A DNA stretch of 64,000 nt from Lingula anatina. Its lineage: Eukaryota > Animalia > Brachiopoda. The translations under genes were made by a program, and so were the position numbers. Where the stretch lies: contig CM120647.1 of assembly GCA_051362555.1 (NCBI GenBank), forward strand, positions 4,092,001-4,156,000, written 5' to 3'. The notes under the pieces are model-generated. The model ran no database searches, was not told the DNA's origin, and saw only the letters and a program-made list of their open reading frames with translations. Shown here piece after piece: positions 26,801 through 38,249 of the stretch (the first letter of the stretch is position 1; every line of letters starts with the position of its first letter).

Positions 26801-29800
26801 TGACACAATACTTCACAAATACAGCATATATGTAGTACAAAAAAAGAAAACTACAGTCACTCCCACTCTCACACTTAAGAGAAAATATACTATGTTATAT
26901 TAATTAAATTTTTTATGGTACGTTAAACATTCAGGTTGATAAGGAATTGATAACATTTGAAGTGTACCAGAGTGACTTATCTATTTTTATCACAATTTTT
27001 TAATTTTTATTTAAATAAAGGCTCTTGCACACACTCACACATACCCAACCTCACACACACTAGCACGCACACCCTATTTATATACAAACAAATATATACA
27101 GATTTATATACATGTATAATTAGAAGTAAACTAATAAGTAATAAAAAGTAAAAAAGACAAACTGAAACAATAACTATATGTTTTGATTTGCTATACTCAT
27201 TAAAGTAGATTTAAGTTCCGGTTTAAGTAGCAATCTAGAATTTAATTTTGTACTTTTGAAAATAAAAAACTTAGAATGAAGAATTACAAGGTTTTTAACT
27301 TTATCGCTACTTCCAAAAATGAGATCAGATGGCAGTATTTTGAAGACATTTCCTGTAATTTGACTTAACCATAGTTCAACCTCTGTCCAGAAAAGCTTCA
27401 CTAATTCACAGTCCATAAATAGATGCTTTATCGTTTCAGCCTGTTTGTTGCACAAACTACAAAGAGGATTCTCGATCATATGGTATTTAAACAGCAACTC
27501 TTTGGTACCCAAAATTCTGTGGATTATTCTGAAATTAAACCATTTCAATCTTATTTCTTTAACTTTAACCAGGGCATTGGTATACGTTAGTTGCCAGTCT
27601 ATTTTGATACCTAACTCTTGTTCCCATTTTTCTTCACATTTTGGTCTCTGACCGAGACTTTTTATGCAAATGTCATATATGCTTCTACATCCTTTTTTAT
27701 CGTTACATAATGTTTTAACTGGGTTAGAGATCTGCGGTAATGGCAACATAACGTTAGCATTCAGAAGTCTAAGCACAGGGTAGGCACCAAAGGTTGCTTG
27801 CCTTAATCCATAATACAGAGTAAAAGGAATCTGAATTTCAAACTCTTCTACAAAATAGTCAAATGATAGGAATTTCCCTTCGCTGTTAAATAAATCTTGG
27901 ATAATATGGAAACCTTTGTCATACAAATTCTTATAAAAAATTCTTCTGCCATCTGATAATACAGCAGGATTATACCAGATTGGAGTTCTGAGAATGACAT
28001 CGAGACTATTACTTGCCATTTTTTCTGAATATTCTGAAAAGTATATTAAGATTTCTCTCCAAAAAGAATTGCGAATTTTAGATATTTCCTTTGCATAAGT
28101 TGGTCCAAACTGAGTCAATCTCTGAACATCCGATCCAGTGGCTTCAGCAAAAAGTTTATTTGTTATTTTATCAGAGGTTATCATTCTGCGAATCCAGGAA
28201 ATTTTTAGCGCCCTCACAAAGGATTCTAAATGTATCATACGGCAACCTCCCTGTTTATAGTCCTGAATAAGTGTTTTACGGGCAACTTTTTCTGTTTTAC
28301 CGTGCCAAATAAATTTGAATAGCATATTTTGTAAATTTTGCAGCCACTCTTTGGTAGGGCTCGGAAGAGAGAGCAGTAGGTGTGTTATTTTTGAAATAAT
28401 TAAAGACTTCACTACAGTAATCTTACCTAAAGTAGTAATATTTCTTTTTCCCCACCGATACATTTCTAATTCTATTTGCTGAAGCTTGCTGGTATAATTC
28501 AACTCATTCATTTGTTCTAAATCAGCTGTGAAAACTATACCTAATATATTAAAAGGGTTGTTAGTCCATTTAAGATTGTTATCTTTACAGATAATTTCTC
28601 TACTGTTGGCCTTTGAACCAATCCATATGGCTTTAGTCTTACTAATATTGGGCTTAAGCCCCGAGTACTTGGAAAACTGAAACAGTAAGTCGAGTGCACT
28701 CTTTAAACTTTTCTCTGAGCCATCTAAAAAAAGCACTGTGTCATCTGCGTACTGAGATAGTTTTACTTCCACCCTCCCCAAGTTTATTCCTGTTATGTTA
28801 TTGTTTTGTCTTATAAGAATAGCTAGGATCTCAACACATAAATTAAAAATGTAGGGTGATACAGGGTCTCCCTGTCTGCAGCCTCTGCCAATTTTAAAGA
28901 AATTAGAGAAAATACCATTTTGTATTACACATAATTCAGGATCATTATATAGAACATTTATCCATTTTTTAAAGTCATCACCAAAATTAAAAAACGAGAG
29001 AGTTTTTTTCATAAAATCCCAAGATATGCTATCAAATGCTTTAAGGAAATCTACTGAGAGTATCATTCCTGGGATTTTTTTATCTTTTGTAATTTGCAAA
29101 ACATCATAAACAATTCTAGTATTCTCACCAATGAACCGTCCTTTCAAAAATCCCGTTTGATTTTCATGTATAAGCAAATGTAAAACTTTTTTTAATCTAT
29201 TTGAAATACAAGCAGAGAGGATTTTATATGAGATGTTTAAGAGAGATATCGGCCTCCAATTTTCTAAAAATTCCCGTGGTTTATCCCCTTTGGGTAAAAT
29301 TGAAATAACCCCTTGTTTCTGGGTAATGGACAAGTGACCTTTAGCAAACCCCTTATTATATGATCTCACAAGAAACGTTCCTATATCATTCCAGAAAAAT
29401 TTAAAAAATTCGACAGAAAAACCGTCGGGGCCAGGTGATTTGTTGTTCTTCATACTTTTTAAGGCTATTAGAGCTTCCTGATAAGTAATTGTTCCCTCTA
29501 ATTGCCTAGCCGTATTGTCATCTAATATGTTTATTTTGTCTTTATCGATTATATTATTCCAATCAAAAATTTCAGAGTAGTTATCTTGTTTCGAGTAAAG
29601 ATGGTTATAGAAATCTCTTATTTCTTTCAAAATTTCTGCTTGATCGGTAATAATACGGCCTGTCTCCCTTATAATTTTCTTTACAGTTTTATTTACAAAA
29701 TTTCTTTTTTCCAGGGATAAAAAATATTTAGTTGGTTTTTCCCCTTCCTCTGACCATTTTACTTTGGTTCTTATATAGACCCCTCTAATATGTTCATGTC

Positions 29801-32800
29801 TCATTTCTTCTTCCTCTAGTTTCAGAGTCTGGAGCTGGTTTTCTAAATTCGATGTGGGGTTATCTGTATACATGGAATATAATTTCTTAATTTTTTCAGC
29901 CAGGGTCTTCATTCTTATATTTTTCTCCTTTTTCTTTGCTGAACTATAGGCAATGGTATAGCCTCTAACCTGTAATAATATCTGTTCAAAAAATGCTTGC
30001 TCATCCACAAGAAAGTCCAGATCATTGTCACTAATTTTACATAACTCTGCTTTGTTATATGGACTGGCACAATATTGATATTTTAGATCCTCTATTATTT
30101 TCTTTACTCCTCTTATATACTCAAAATCTTTTAGAAGGCTGTTATTCATTTTCCAGAAACCTTTCCCTTTTTTCTGCTCAGAGAGAGTAAGTTTCAGGTG
30201 TATCATTGCGTGGTCTGTTCGGTATCCATAAGTTATCTCAGTTTGATCAACAAGATTCATGAGTTCGTTAGAAATAAGGAAAAAGTCAAGCCTAGCTCTT
30301 TTTACAGGGTTATTAGAGGACCAAGTGAATTGTTTCCTCTGTTCATGTTGAGCTCTCCATGGGTCTATCAAATTGAATTTAGTTTTCAGCCGTAAGAGAG
30401 CATCTCTTGCTTGGGGATTATTAACACGTCTGTAATTATAATAATCTAAATCACTATCTTGAACTAGGTTAAAGTCCCCCATCATTATCACAAAGTGACC
30501 CTCAAAATCTTCTATGATATTTCCGAGGTGAACAAAAAATTCCGGGTCATCTTTGTTTGGTCCATATAAATTAATAAGTAAAACAGAGTAATTATTTTCA
30601 ACTTCAATTTCGATAATCAAATAATTTCCATCTTTTCCGAACAACGTTCTCATTATTTTAAATTCAAAGTTATTGTTGAAAAGGATTGCCGTACCTCTTG
30701 AATTTGATTTGCCAGGGCTCAGAAGGGTTTTATATCCCCACAAGGAATGTACTTTTGATTTGTCCCTCTCTGTAAAGTGGGTATCTTGGATACAATATAT
30801 TGAGTATTTCTGTTGTTTCAAATAGTTCAGGACGTCTCTTCTCTTTTGAGTACCTCCAAGACCCCTACAATTCAAACTAACGATATGCAAACTCATAGAT
30901 TAAATAACATTTTTGTGAATTATAATACTTTCAAGTAATCCAGTACGCAGATGACATCCATAGATTGTGTATATCTATGGAATATATGGCTCATTATATC
31001 GGTGTAAAATATTTTGTAGAGTAAGCAAGTCCACATCACAGTTATACATGCAGATATCATGATAATATATTCATTCATATCTGGTGTAGTGCTCCAATTA
31101 TGCATCACTTCACAAACATACAACCCCATACATACATTAACCCACATGTCCTTTAACCCTAAACATTGCTTGATCAGGATGCTCTCACCTATGAGGTTTG
31201 CATACATCACACATTCATACACATGACACACACTCACATAGACAAAAATTTTGTTCGTAAAACAAAAAACAAAGTAAGATAACATAAATACAATCATCCC
31301 ACACATTTCGAGTATCAGTACTTGCAGCATGTTCTGAAAATTGAGGTACCTAATGATCCCACAGAATATCAAATTGTAACATTGATAATATTTTGCATAA
31401 TGTTAAGGATGAGCACCAATTCAAAAAATATTTTTACAACATTAATATTTGAATGTTAGGGATCAGCACTCACCTTATCTTTATTGGTCTATGTAAAGGA
31501 TATTCTGTACATACCAGTGAAAGCATTATGTGGGTTATTCTCCTTCCCAAAAACAAGGTTTATTGGAATATAAGAAGAACCTTATGATTATTTCTCTATT
31601 AATCGTAAAGCATGAGAAGTAGTAACAATTGGGATCTACATGTGTACCTAGAAAATATGGAAAAAGAAAGTTTATAAACATAAAGTGATAAAGATAACCA
31701 AGCAATTACATTGCATTATATCTAGGCACTCTAGGCTTTACATGTTAGAAAACAAAACATTAGTCATTTTTTCTCCTAATTGGACCTTTTCTTTTGTTTT
31801 AGTTTCTCCTCCAAATTATCACATATGTCTACCTTTATTCTGTTTCCATTTTTTAACTGGCAGTATACATTGCAGTTAAAGAACCATGCACTTTCAACGT
31901 GCTCATGTTGTTTTAGTTTGTTCAAGAGAGTTAAGTTTTTTAATGTTATGTCATCATACAGACGTGCACCAGATTTCAGTTCTCTCTTTTTCCGCATGAT
32001 TGTTCTCTTGATATCTGTGTTTCTAAGTTTTATGATCACTGGTCTTGGGGATCCTTGTTTACCGGGTATGCGATGTATTGCCTGGATATCAGTAGGCTCA
32101 ATATTCAGTTTGGCTTCTTTTTGCAGCATATCAATAAAGATTTCTCTCAGGTTTTCCTCCTTTTTTTCTATTATGTTCGAGGCCCTTATATTAGTTTTCC
32201 TTGAGTACTGTTCATTATGATTGCAAGAGCGCATGGTTTCTTTACTGTAGTAATCATTTTGTTTTAGCAGTTCATTCATTTTTTTCATTTCTTGGTCTTT
32301 CTTTCTCATGACTTCTTTCAACTGCTCATTTTCCATCTGAAGACTATCCACCTGATCTTGCAGTTTTGCAGCACGGGTCTCAGATTCCATTTTTAGACAG
32401 TCGAATTTCTGCATAAATTTTGCATCCATTTCTGATACCATGTTATTAAGAAGTCTTTCAACCACCCTTGTTACTGTAATTTCCAAATCCTCTTTTCTAA
32501 TAGTTTCTTTAATCTCATTTTTTATTTCAGACAGCTCATGCATGAGCATTTGTAATTCTTCTGCACTGGAGTTTGCCACCTCCGAATGAGGTCTTTTAGG
32601 TGCTGGAGTTATTGTTTGTGTTTTGCTCTTTGTATTGTTGCTTGTGAGAAACCTGGACATGGTCCTGTCATCAGCCTTGGTAGGTTTCTGGGCCATGATA
32701 GCTTTGTAATCAGTAGGAGCTAGTGAGATGTCACAATAGTGCACAGTGTATAGAAAGGCCCATTACCTATATGACTGTTACAGCTTCAGGGGGCCAATTA

Positions 32801-33072
32801 TGTCTTTGACAATGACTATTGCTGAGTAGCACTCTTTTATATAGCTACACTAGAGAACTGCTCAACCACCTATTTTCATGGATGAAGGAGTTTATTCACA
32901 CCGATAAGGGATAAAAAGTTTGCTACTTTTCACCAAACCAATTTTCTTTTTGTATTATTTCAGACTTCAGTTTTTTTACCAAGGGAGAGACGGTCACTTC
33001 GCAGGGGGTCTCGGCGGTCAGGAGACAATAAAGCACTTCGCCCAAAATGAATTTATCGTCAAGTGTGTAAAA

Positions 33073-33107
<35 letters not shown>

Positions 33108-33653
33108 ATAATTATTATTATTATTATTATTATTTTGAGAGAAAAATATCTGTGAAAGTTCATGTACAGTTAAGATTCATAAGAGTTCTTTGAAAGAATT
33201 ACTGATTATTCAAACTCAAAAGAATGATATGTTATATAAAACCTTTTCAATCTCTCTCATCTGTTTTAGATTTACTACTTATCCAAACATTGCATGTATT
33301 TTTTGCTGTTTTAAACTGTAGGCCCTATCTGGCCATTCTGCATATAAACTTTTCAGCGTCATTAAAATGTTCTTCAAAAAGAATCGCAAAGTTAAAAAAA
33401 GCCCTCTCCAATGACTTTTAGGGTCTACCTCGAGACTTACGACGATGCAGCTATCCGCGGTCAGGTTGTATTTAATATTCTGCAGTTCTTCACCAATCGA
33501 CAGACCTACGGACCGTACGGAATGACGGGCCTCTCTCCTCAGGTCAATGCATCAAAGGTGGAATTTGAAAGCACTCGACCTCTTCACCACGTATCTGGAG
33601 TACAGGGCACACGACTTTTAAAAGGTTTGGCGTTTCATGTGGAAAAATGTTAG
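24733..33653 (+). CDS. Secreted PAN/apple + jacalin-like lectin, paralogue B (4 exons, 254 aa)
   Basis: Exons 24733-25030, 25230-25365, 32964-33062, 33422-33653, GT-AG, total 765 nt in frame. Same exon structure as paralogue A. Intron 2 is enlarged by MITEs and a LINE. Confidence 0.88.
25393..25594. mobile_element. Short MITE in intron 2 of paralogue B
   Basis: Imperfect TIRs GTACTAGCT..CGATC.AGCTCTG..GGGGATTCT / AGAATCCCC..CAGAGTTAGATCG..AGCTAGTAC. Related sequence at ~48855-49030. Confidence 0.55.
25621..26534 (+). mobile_element. PIF/Harbinger-like MITE, ~900-bp family, copy 1
   Basis: TIRs AGCCTCGGTCACAACCGG / CCGGTTGTGACCGAGGCT; near-identical to copies at 37411 and 47336. Confidence 0.9.
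27174..30896 (-). CDS. LINE ORF2: APE endonuclease + reverse transcriptase + C-terminal CCHC zinc motif (1240 aa)
   Basis: SLNCRGL, QDTH, GDFN, RLDFFL, TDH (APE); KSPGPDG, WRPISLLN, GCRQGDP, QYADD (RT); CSLC..ETIKHLFMDC. Confidence 0.97.
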   Translation of the reverse strand: MSLHIVSLNCRGLGGTQKRRDVLNYLKQQKYSIYCIQDTHFTERDKSKVHSLWGYKTLLSPGKSNSRGTAILFNNNFEFKIMRTLFGKDGNYLIIEIEVENNYSVLLINLYGPNKDDPEFFVHLGNIIEDFEGHFVIMMGDFNLVQDSDLDYYNYRRVNNPQARDALLRLKTKFNLIDPWRAQHEQRKQFTWSSNNPVKRARLDFFLISNELMNLVDQTEITYGYRTDHAMIHLKLTLSEQKKGKGFWKMNNSLLKDFEYIRGVKKIIEDLKYQYCASPYNKAELCKISDNDLDFLVDEQAFFEQILLQVRGYTIAYSSAKKKEKNIRMKTLAEKIKKLYSMYTDNPTSNLENQLQTLKLEEEEMRHEHIRGVYIRTKVKWSEEGEKPTKYFLSLEKRNFVNKTVKKIIRETGRIITDQAEILKEIRDFYNHLYSKQDNYSEIFDWNNIIDKDKINILDDNTARQLEGTITYQEALIALKSMKNNKSPGPDGFSVEFFKFFWNDIGTFLVRSYNKGFAKGHLSITQKQGVISILPKGDKPREFLENWRPISLLNISYKILSACISNRLKKVLHLLIHENQTGFLKGRFIGENTRIVYDVLQITKDKKIPGMILSVDFLKAFDSISWDFMKKTLSFFNFGDDFKKWINVLYNDPELCVIQNGIFSNFFKIGRGCRQGDPVSPYIFNLCVEILAILIRQNNNITGINLGRVEVKLSQYADDTVLFLDGSEKSLKSALDLLFQFSKYSGLKPNISKTKAIWIGSKANSREIICKDNNLKWTNNPFNILGIVFTADLEQMNELNYTSKLQQIELEMYRWGKRNITTLGKITVVKSLIISKITHLLLSLPSPTKEWLQNLQNMLFKFIWHGKTEKVARKTLIQDYKQGGCRMIHLESFVRALKISWIRRMITSDKITNKLFAEATGSDVQRLTQFGPTYAKEISKIRNSFWREILIYFSEYSEKMASNSLDVILRTPIWYNPAVLSDGRRIFYKNLYDKGFHIIQDLFNSEGKFLSFDYFVEEFEIQIPFTLYYGLRQATFGAYPVLRLLNANVMLPLPQISNPVKTLCNDKKGCRSIYDICIKSLGQRPKCEEKWEQELGIKIDWQLTYTNALVKVKEIRLKWFNFRIIHRILGTKELLFKYHMIENPLCSLCNKQAETIKHLFMDCELVKLFWTEVELWLSQITGNVFKILPSDLIFGSSDKVKNLVILHSKFFIFKSTKLNSRLLLKPELKSTLMSIANQNI
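31776..32696 (-). CDS. LINE ORF1: coiled coil + L1-type RRM (~306 aa from first ATG)
   Basis: Heptad-rich coiled coil, then EQYSRKTNIR, IQAIHRIPG..PRPVIIKL, LYDDIT, AWFFNCNVY, typical of L1-clade ORF1. First ATG (MAQK) at 32696. Confidence 0.9.
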   Translation of the reverse strand: MAQKPTKADDRTMSRFLTSNNTKSKTQTITPAPKRPHSEVANSSAEELQMLMHELSEIKNEIKETIRKEDLEITVTRVVERLLNNMVSEMDAKFMQKFDCLKMESETRAAKLQDQVDSLQMENEQLKEVMRKKDQEMKKMNELLKQNDYYSKETMRSCNHNEQYSRKTNIRASNIIEKKEENLREIFIDMLQKEAKLNIEPTDIQAIHRIPGKQGSPRPVIIKLRNTDIKRTIMRKKRELKSGARLYDDITLKNLTLLNKLKQHEHVESAWFFNCNVYCQLKNGNRIKVDICDNLEEKLKQKKRSN

Positions 33654-34764
33654 TCTTATAATGACTCGGTCAACATTTGCAGTAGGACACATAAGCCCTA
33701 CTAGCTGTCTCGGCGTAAATACGTCGTTTGTTCACGCGCCATTGTTACGAGGCGTTCGTTTTTTGAAACAATGAAAATTTGACCGAAACATGTCAATATT
33801 ATCTACAGAGTTAAATATCTCATACTTCCAATAGAAGGTATATTAATTGAATTTTTAAGCTTCATACTTTTTATAATATTTTAATTGGAAATGTTTGATT
33901 TGACCGAGTTCATGTTCGCCAAACTCGCACGTCGCACAACATTTAACTTTCATAAGTATTTGCAAACTATAAAGTGTGCTGGAGATTCCAGAGCCTGTAT
34001 ATATAAAATATTTAAAAGCCATAATTGTGTAGTTAAAGGTTTATTTAAATCTATCCTTGTAAACAAATGTTTCAGCTGTTTTTGTAGGAAGATCGGCCAA
34101 GGCGAGCCCAACTGTATGTTTGTTTACATTTTCATCTGTTTCCACTTTGGTGAATACTTGTGTTACATATGGTCCGTAATTCTACTTTTATTTTGATATA
34201 TGTTACTTTATGTATGTTTTTATTCCCAATTCCATTTTTCGATGTAATGGCTGAAATTTGTACAAAAACAATATCTAAAGATTTGGTCAACATTTTCAGT
34301 TTTCCATGTGCAAGCTAAAATTGTCTAACATATATATTTATAAATGTTATTTGTGTAACATGTGACATTGATGAGATTAGTGGATTTTCTTCAGATTCAT
34401 TTCAGTAAAGTATTTTTAATGAATATATATTTCTTAAAAATTCTTTATTCAACATATACAACATACTGTAACATGTTAATCAATTAACTGGCAAGTTATA
34501 AAAGTAGAAAAAAATGATATATTGTATTATTTTCTCAAAGAATATATTGAAGGAAGAGCTTATTTAGGCATTCATGGAGCAGGAATTATTGGCACTGATA
34601 AAGTAGGGGGCATTCTAAAAGAGAGAAAAACGTATATTGCACATATGATATTATTTTCTCAAATAATAAATTAAAGGAGGAGCTTATTTAGGCATTCATG
34701 TACTTGCCTTAAAGAAATGGGTAGGAAATACCTTAAGAAACAGCTTTCGATCCTGCTCTCAAAG

Positions 34765-35032
34765 AGCACATTCAAAACAGAATGTCCGAAGATCTTCTGA
34801 TCCACGGATCAAAATATGGCGGACCCTACATGAAAGAAGAGCAAACTAATGCGCCAATGGTCAACTAGCCTCCACACGCGCTATTAAAAGGATCACGGTT
34901 GCGATGTTTCATTGTTAGACCCTGCAAGGACGGTGAGTGTGGAGGCGCGGAAAATATCAGTGGATTAGTCGGCTCTTCTTTCAAATGATCCGTGGATGAG
35001 AGGACCCTCGGATCTGCTGTTCTGAATGGCTT
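34765..35032. mobile_element. Short MITE with imperfect ~45-bp TIRs
   Basis: CATTCAAAACAG..TCCGAAGATC..ATCCACGGATCA / TGATCCGTGGAT..GACCCTCGGA..CTGTTCTGAATG. Confidence 0.5.
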
Positions 35033-35289
35033 CAAAGTGCAATATGCCCATAGTAGATTCTATATCTTTATGTTCCTTAATTCAAAACAAGTATTCAAAC
35101 TTGTTTCTGGGGATTTCTGTCGGATATCCCGTCCCTTTTCACTCTCGACAATGTAAATTGCCTTGTGGGAGCTCCAAGTTCAAAGACTTTTGATGATTCC
35201 GGAAAACTTATTTCTACGTGTGTGTAGCTAGATTTGTATTTAAGGCAATATAATCGAAAACTTTCAAATTCTAAGTTTACAGCTGCTTA

Positions 35290-35620
35290 TTGCAATTGAA
35301 TAAAAACAAAAACAACAAACTTATAAGTAGGCCTACTGATAATATACGCATACGTTTGGCAGGGAAAAGAAAAAAACCCACTTGGTAAAAGTATGGCAGA
35401 CGATCGATTTTCGCACGTGTGACTTGCTACAAAGATAAATCTGAAAGCGATGGTAAGTGTCACTAGGCAGCAGACGACAACCGCAGCCAGTAGACGACAT
35501 CTTTCCCGTATCAACGACCGCGATACAGTATCCGACTTGTGCTTTGTGGACGGAAACTGCTCGTTCTGTGTTGAAATCTGGTCCATTAGGGTCCACATAT
35601 TATATGTTGGACTGCCGTCG
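35290..35620 (-). pseudogene. Relic of C-type lectin receptor exon 2 (TM exon)
   Basis: NEQFPSTKHKSDTVSRSLIRERCRLLAAVVVCCLVTLT versus NERFPSTKHKPDTVVRSLIRERCLLRAVVVVCCLMIVT at 16236-16643. Downstream intron is also similar. No CTLD exons found nearby. Confidence 0.8.
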
Positions 35621-37173
35621 GGCGCACTTGGAGAAACTGTTAAACTGTTAAACTGTTAAAGTTTGATTGAAGGATTTTTAAGAACAAGTAACATGATAAT
35701 AACAATTTAAGTTTATTTTTGTAAAATTACACTTGTTTGGTTGATTTTGTTAAGTTAATAAATTGTTAAATTCTAAATTGTACTATTGATTTTTGCCGGC
35801 GTCAAGGGGTACTCAGCAAGACAATATATGCATTATGTATATACTTATGTAGACCTGACCTCACTAGAATTGTCGCTTACGGTATATTATTTAGTACTAA
35901 ATTCATGTCCAAACTAGCTCCAGATAAATGAGTGGCAGGAATAGCACTTCATTGAATGTTAGTGAGAGTAACTCTCGCCTATTCCAACTCCGTCAGTGAA
36001 CGTAGAAGCACTGGTTGAGTTGAGAGTGCATGAAAACAACTTCGGACTTTTTCGTTCTGGTAGTCGACTTCACGGAGAAAATTGAAAGAGAATTAACTTA
36101 ATGATAAGCTAACTTAATGATACCCGGTATATAAGGAGGACTTTAGTGTGCACTGTCTATTTGATTCAACGCAAAATATGTTTTCCAAAACAGTCCTGAC
36201 AGCAACTTAGAAGAGCCATTAAGGCTGTATTTTATTGTCGCAACTTTTGAAGAAGATTCGTGACAGTGAAGCGTCTTTCTGGTATGTAAAAGGTAAAAAT
36301 GTGTTCCAAAATAATGCACGGTAGTAAAACAAGCGTGCGCACTGAGTCAAGTTGTTTATAAATTGTCAGTGCTGTAAAGGATATTATCACCCTTCGCCAA
36401 AAACTCCTTATAAACTGCCTGACATACAATATATGTAACACTATTGTGAGTGAGAAATAAATCTTCAATTAACATTTTCACATATGCCATCTTACGGGTG
36501 ATATCATAATTGCGATTGTTTAGGGTAAAAACTGAAACATTGGTTTTCTTAAAATGTTCTTTTACCTAAGCACCCACGATCACCGTTTTAACGCCGATTT
36601 AATGACGCCATTTAGTATTACAAAATCATGCCAGCGATTTTCTTTACATTTCTTAGTTCAGATTTTACCGTTGATAAAGCTAAATAATGTCTTGGTTTCA
36701 TGAAAATCTGCAGTTTAGGGGCTCATAATTTCAAACCAGCAGAAAGATACATGTAGATGGATTATTAAATAATACGATGCAGGAAAATGATCATTTTTGG
36801 AATCTTGATGATAATAAAGGGTAACAATATCCTTCAAGATGTCTTGGGTAGTAGTGAGCTCATGAAATAATAAAAAAAAACGCGACATACTGAAATAGAA
36901 GCATGGGCCACAGTTCGCGCAAGTAGAACGTTACAATTTAAACGAAAATGTAGTCGTGCCTTTGATGCAAGGGCACACATTTCAATTAAAACCTTTTTAT
37001 GATTATACTGTAAGCATTTTAAGTTTTTTTTTTATTTATTTTCTAATACCTGAGGTATTTAGATATTCAAAAATTTCCGCGTAAAAAAACTTGTTCGTCA
37101 TCATCATCCTTCGCCCTAAGGCGGAATAGAAGCGGCAGCAACAACACGTTTAGACCATAGTTGTTTCTCTCTT

Positions 37174-37349
37174 AGACTCCGTTCACATGAAAAATCTATT
37201 TTCTAAAAATGTATTTTCTATTCGCGGTATCTTGTGATCACTCCGAGCCTAGCCGCGGGGTCTTCAGGGCACAGAGCGTGATCACAAGATACCGCGAATA
37301 GAAAATATATATTTTTTTAGAAAATCGATTTTTCATGTGAACGAAGCCT
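37174..37349. mobile_element. Foldback MITE (~176 bp)
   Basis: ~65-bp arms CGTTCACATGAAAAATC..TTTTCTATTCGCGGTATCTTGTGATCAC / GTGATCACAAGATACCGCGAATAGAAAA..GATTTTTCATGTGAACG. Confidence 0.8.
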
Positions 37350-37410
37350 ATTTGTTGAAAAAATTTCATTTGTTTGCAGACCAGTTTCATTCATGATAGA
37401 ACCAAAGTAA

Positions 37411-38246
37411 AGCCTCGGTCACAACCGGCAGTACTGGCTCTTACGGGCTGTTTGCGTCCAAATTTTGAGCAGATCTCACGTCCCACGCGAGTCCTTCTTA
37501 CGAAATTTCGAGTTCACAGACATGTCCAAAAGATTCTACGAATAGCCTGCGAATAGCCTGCGAACAGCGAGGCCGCAAGCGTACTTTGTTCTCCTCGCAC
37601 GGAGTTAGCAGGTGAGACGCGCGTTGTGCAAGACGCACGTCGTAAGCAATGAAGGAGCAACTGCCCTTTGTGTGTTGAGTAAAGGTGCACGTCCTCACAA
37701 CTAACGAACAAAGTCGAGAGCACACCAGGAATGCATCGCACGTGCGTCACCTCCACGCCTGGTGTATAAAAGGCGTGCTCACTAAGCACGCTCGTGTCTT
37801 TACAATGAACATCGACTGTTTAACGTGTACAACAATTTTCAAAATTTTCAAATTTCTGCTCAGTTTAGTTTCTAATATGCCTCTAAAAGGCAAGAGAAAG
37901 AAGCTTACATAGTAGAAAAAAAGGGAGGGGGAAGAAGAAAGAAGAAGAGAACAGGAAGCAAAACTGATGTACGCCGTCAGTACGTCAACACAAACGTGTG
38001 AGGCAAGTGTGAAGCAAAACTGACGCAAAAGGGCACTTTTTTCGCCGTGCGTTGCATTCCCTTCGTAAGTGGTGAGTGTGTGCCACGTACACAGGAAGCA
38101 AGACAAACACAAGAAATGAGTACAATTTTCACGGCCATCGCTCCTTGTAATTAGCGTCCCTGCTTGAAAGGACATTTCATGTGGCCCTTGCGACTCGCAA
38201 GGCAGACTTTCCTCTACCTCTACGACCTCCACGGCCTCCGCAACAC
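37411..38246 (-). mobile_element. PIF/Harbinger-like MITE copy 2 (truncated at the satellite array)
   Basis: Left TIR AGCCTCGGTCACAACCGG preceded by TAA. The right end is lost where the satellite array begins. Confidence 0.9.
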
Positions 38247-38249
38247 AGT

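Larger units (their letters stand above)
26767..32879 (-). mobile_element. Full-length L1/Tx1-clade non-LTR retrotransposon
   Basis: Two intact ORFs; poly(A) tail (poly-T on + strand to ~26798) continuous with AATAAA; 14-bp TSD GGATGAAGGAGTTT at 26753-26766 and 32880-32893. Confidence 0.95.

Noticed and set aside
30920-31372. 150-aa ORF in the LINE spacer as a third LINE gene
   Set aside because: Non-ATG start, low-complexity GT-rich composition, no recognisable motif.
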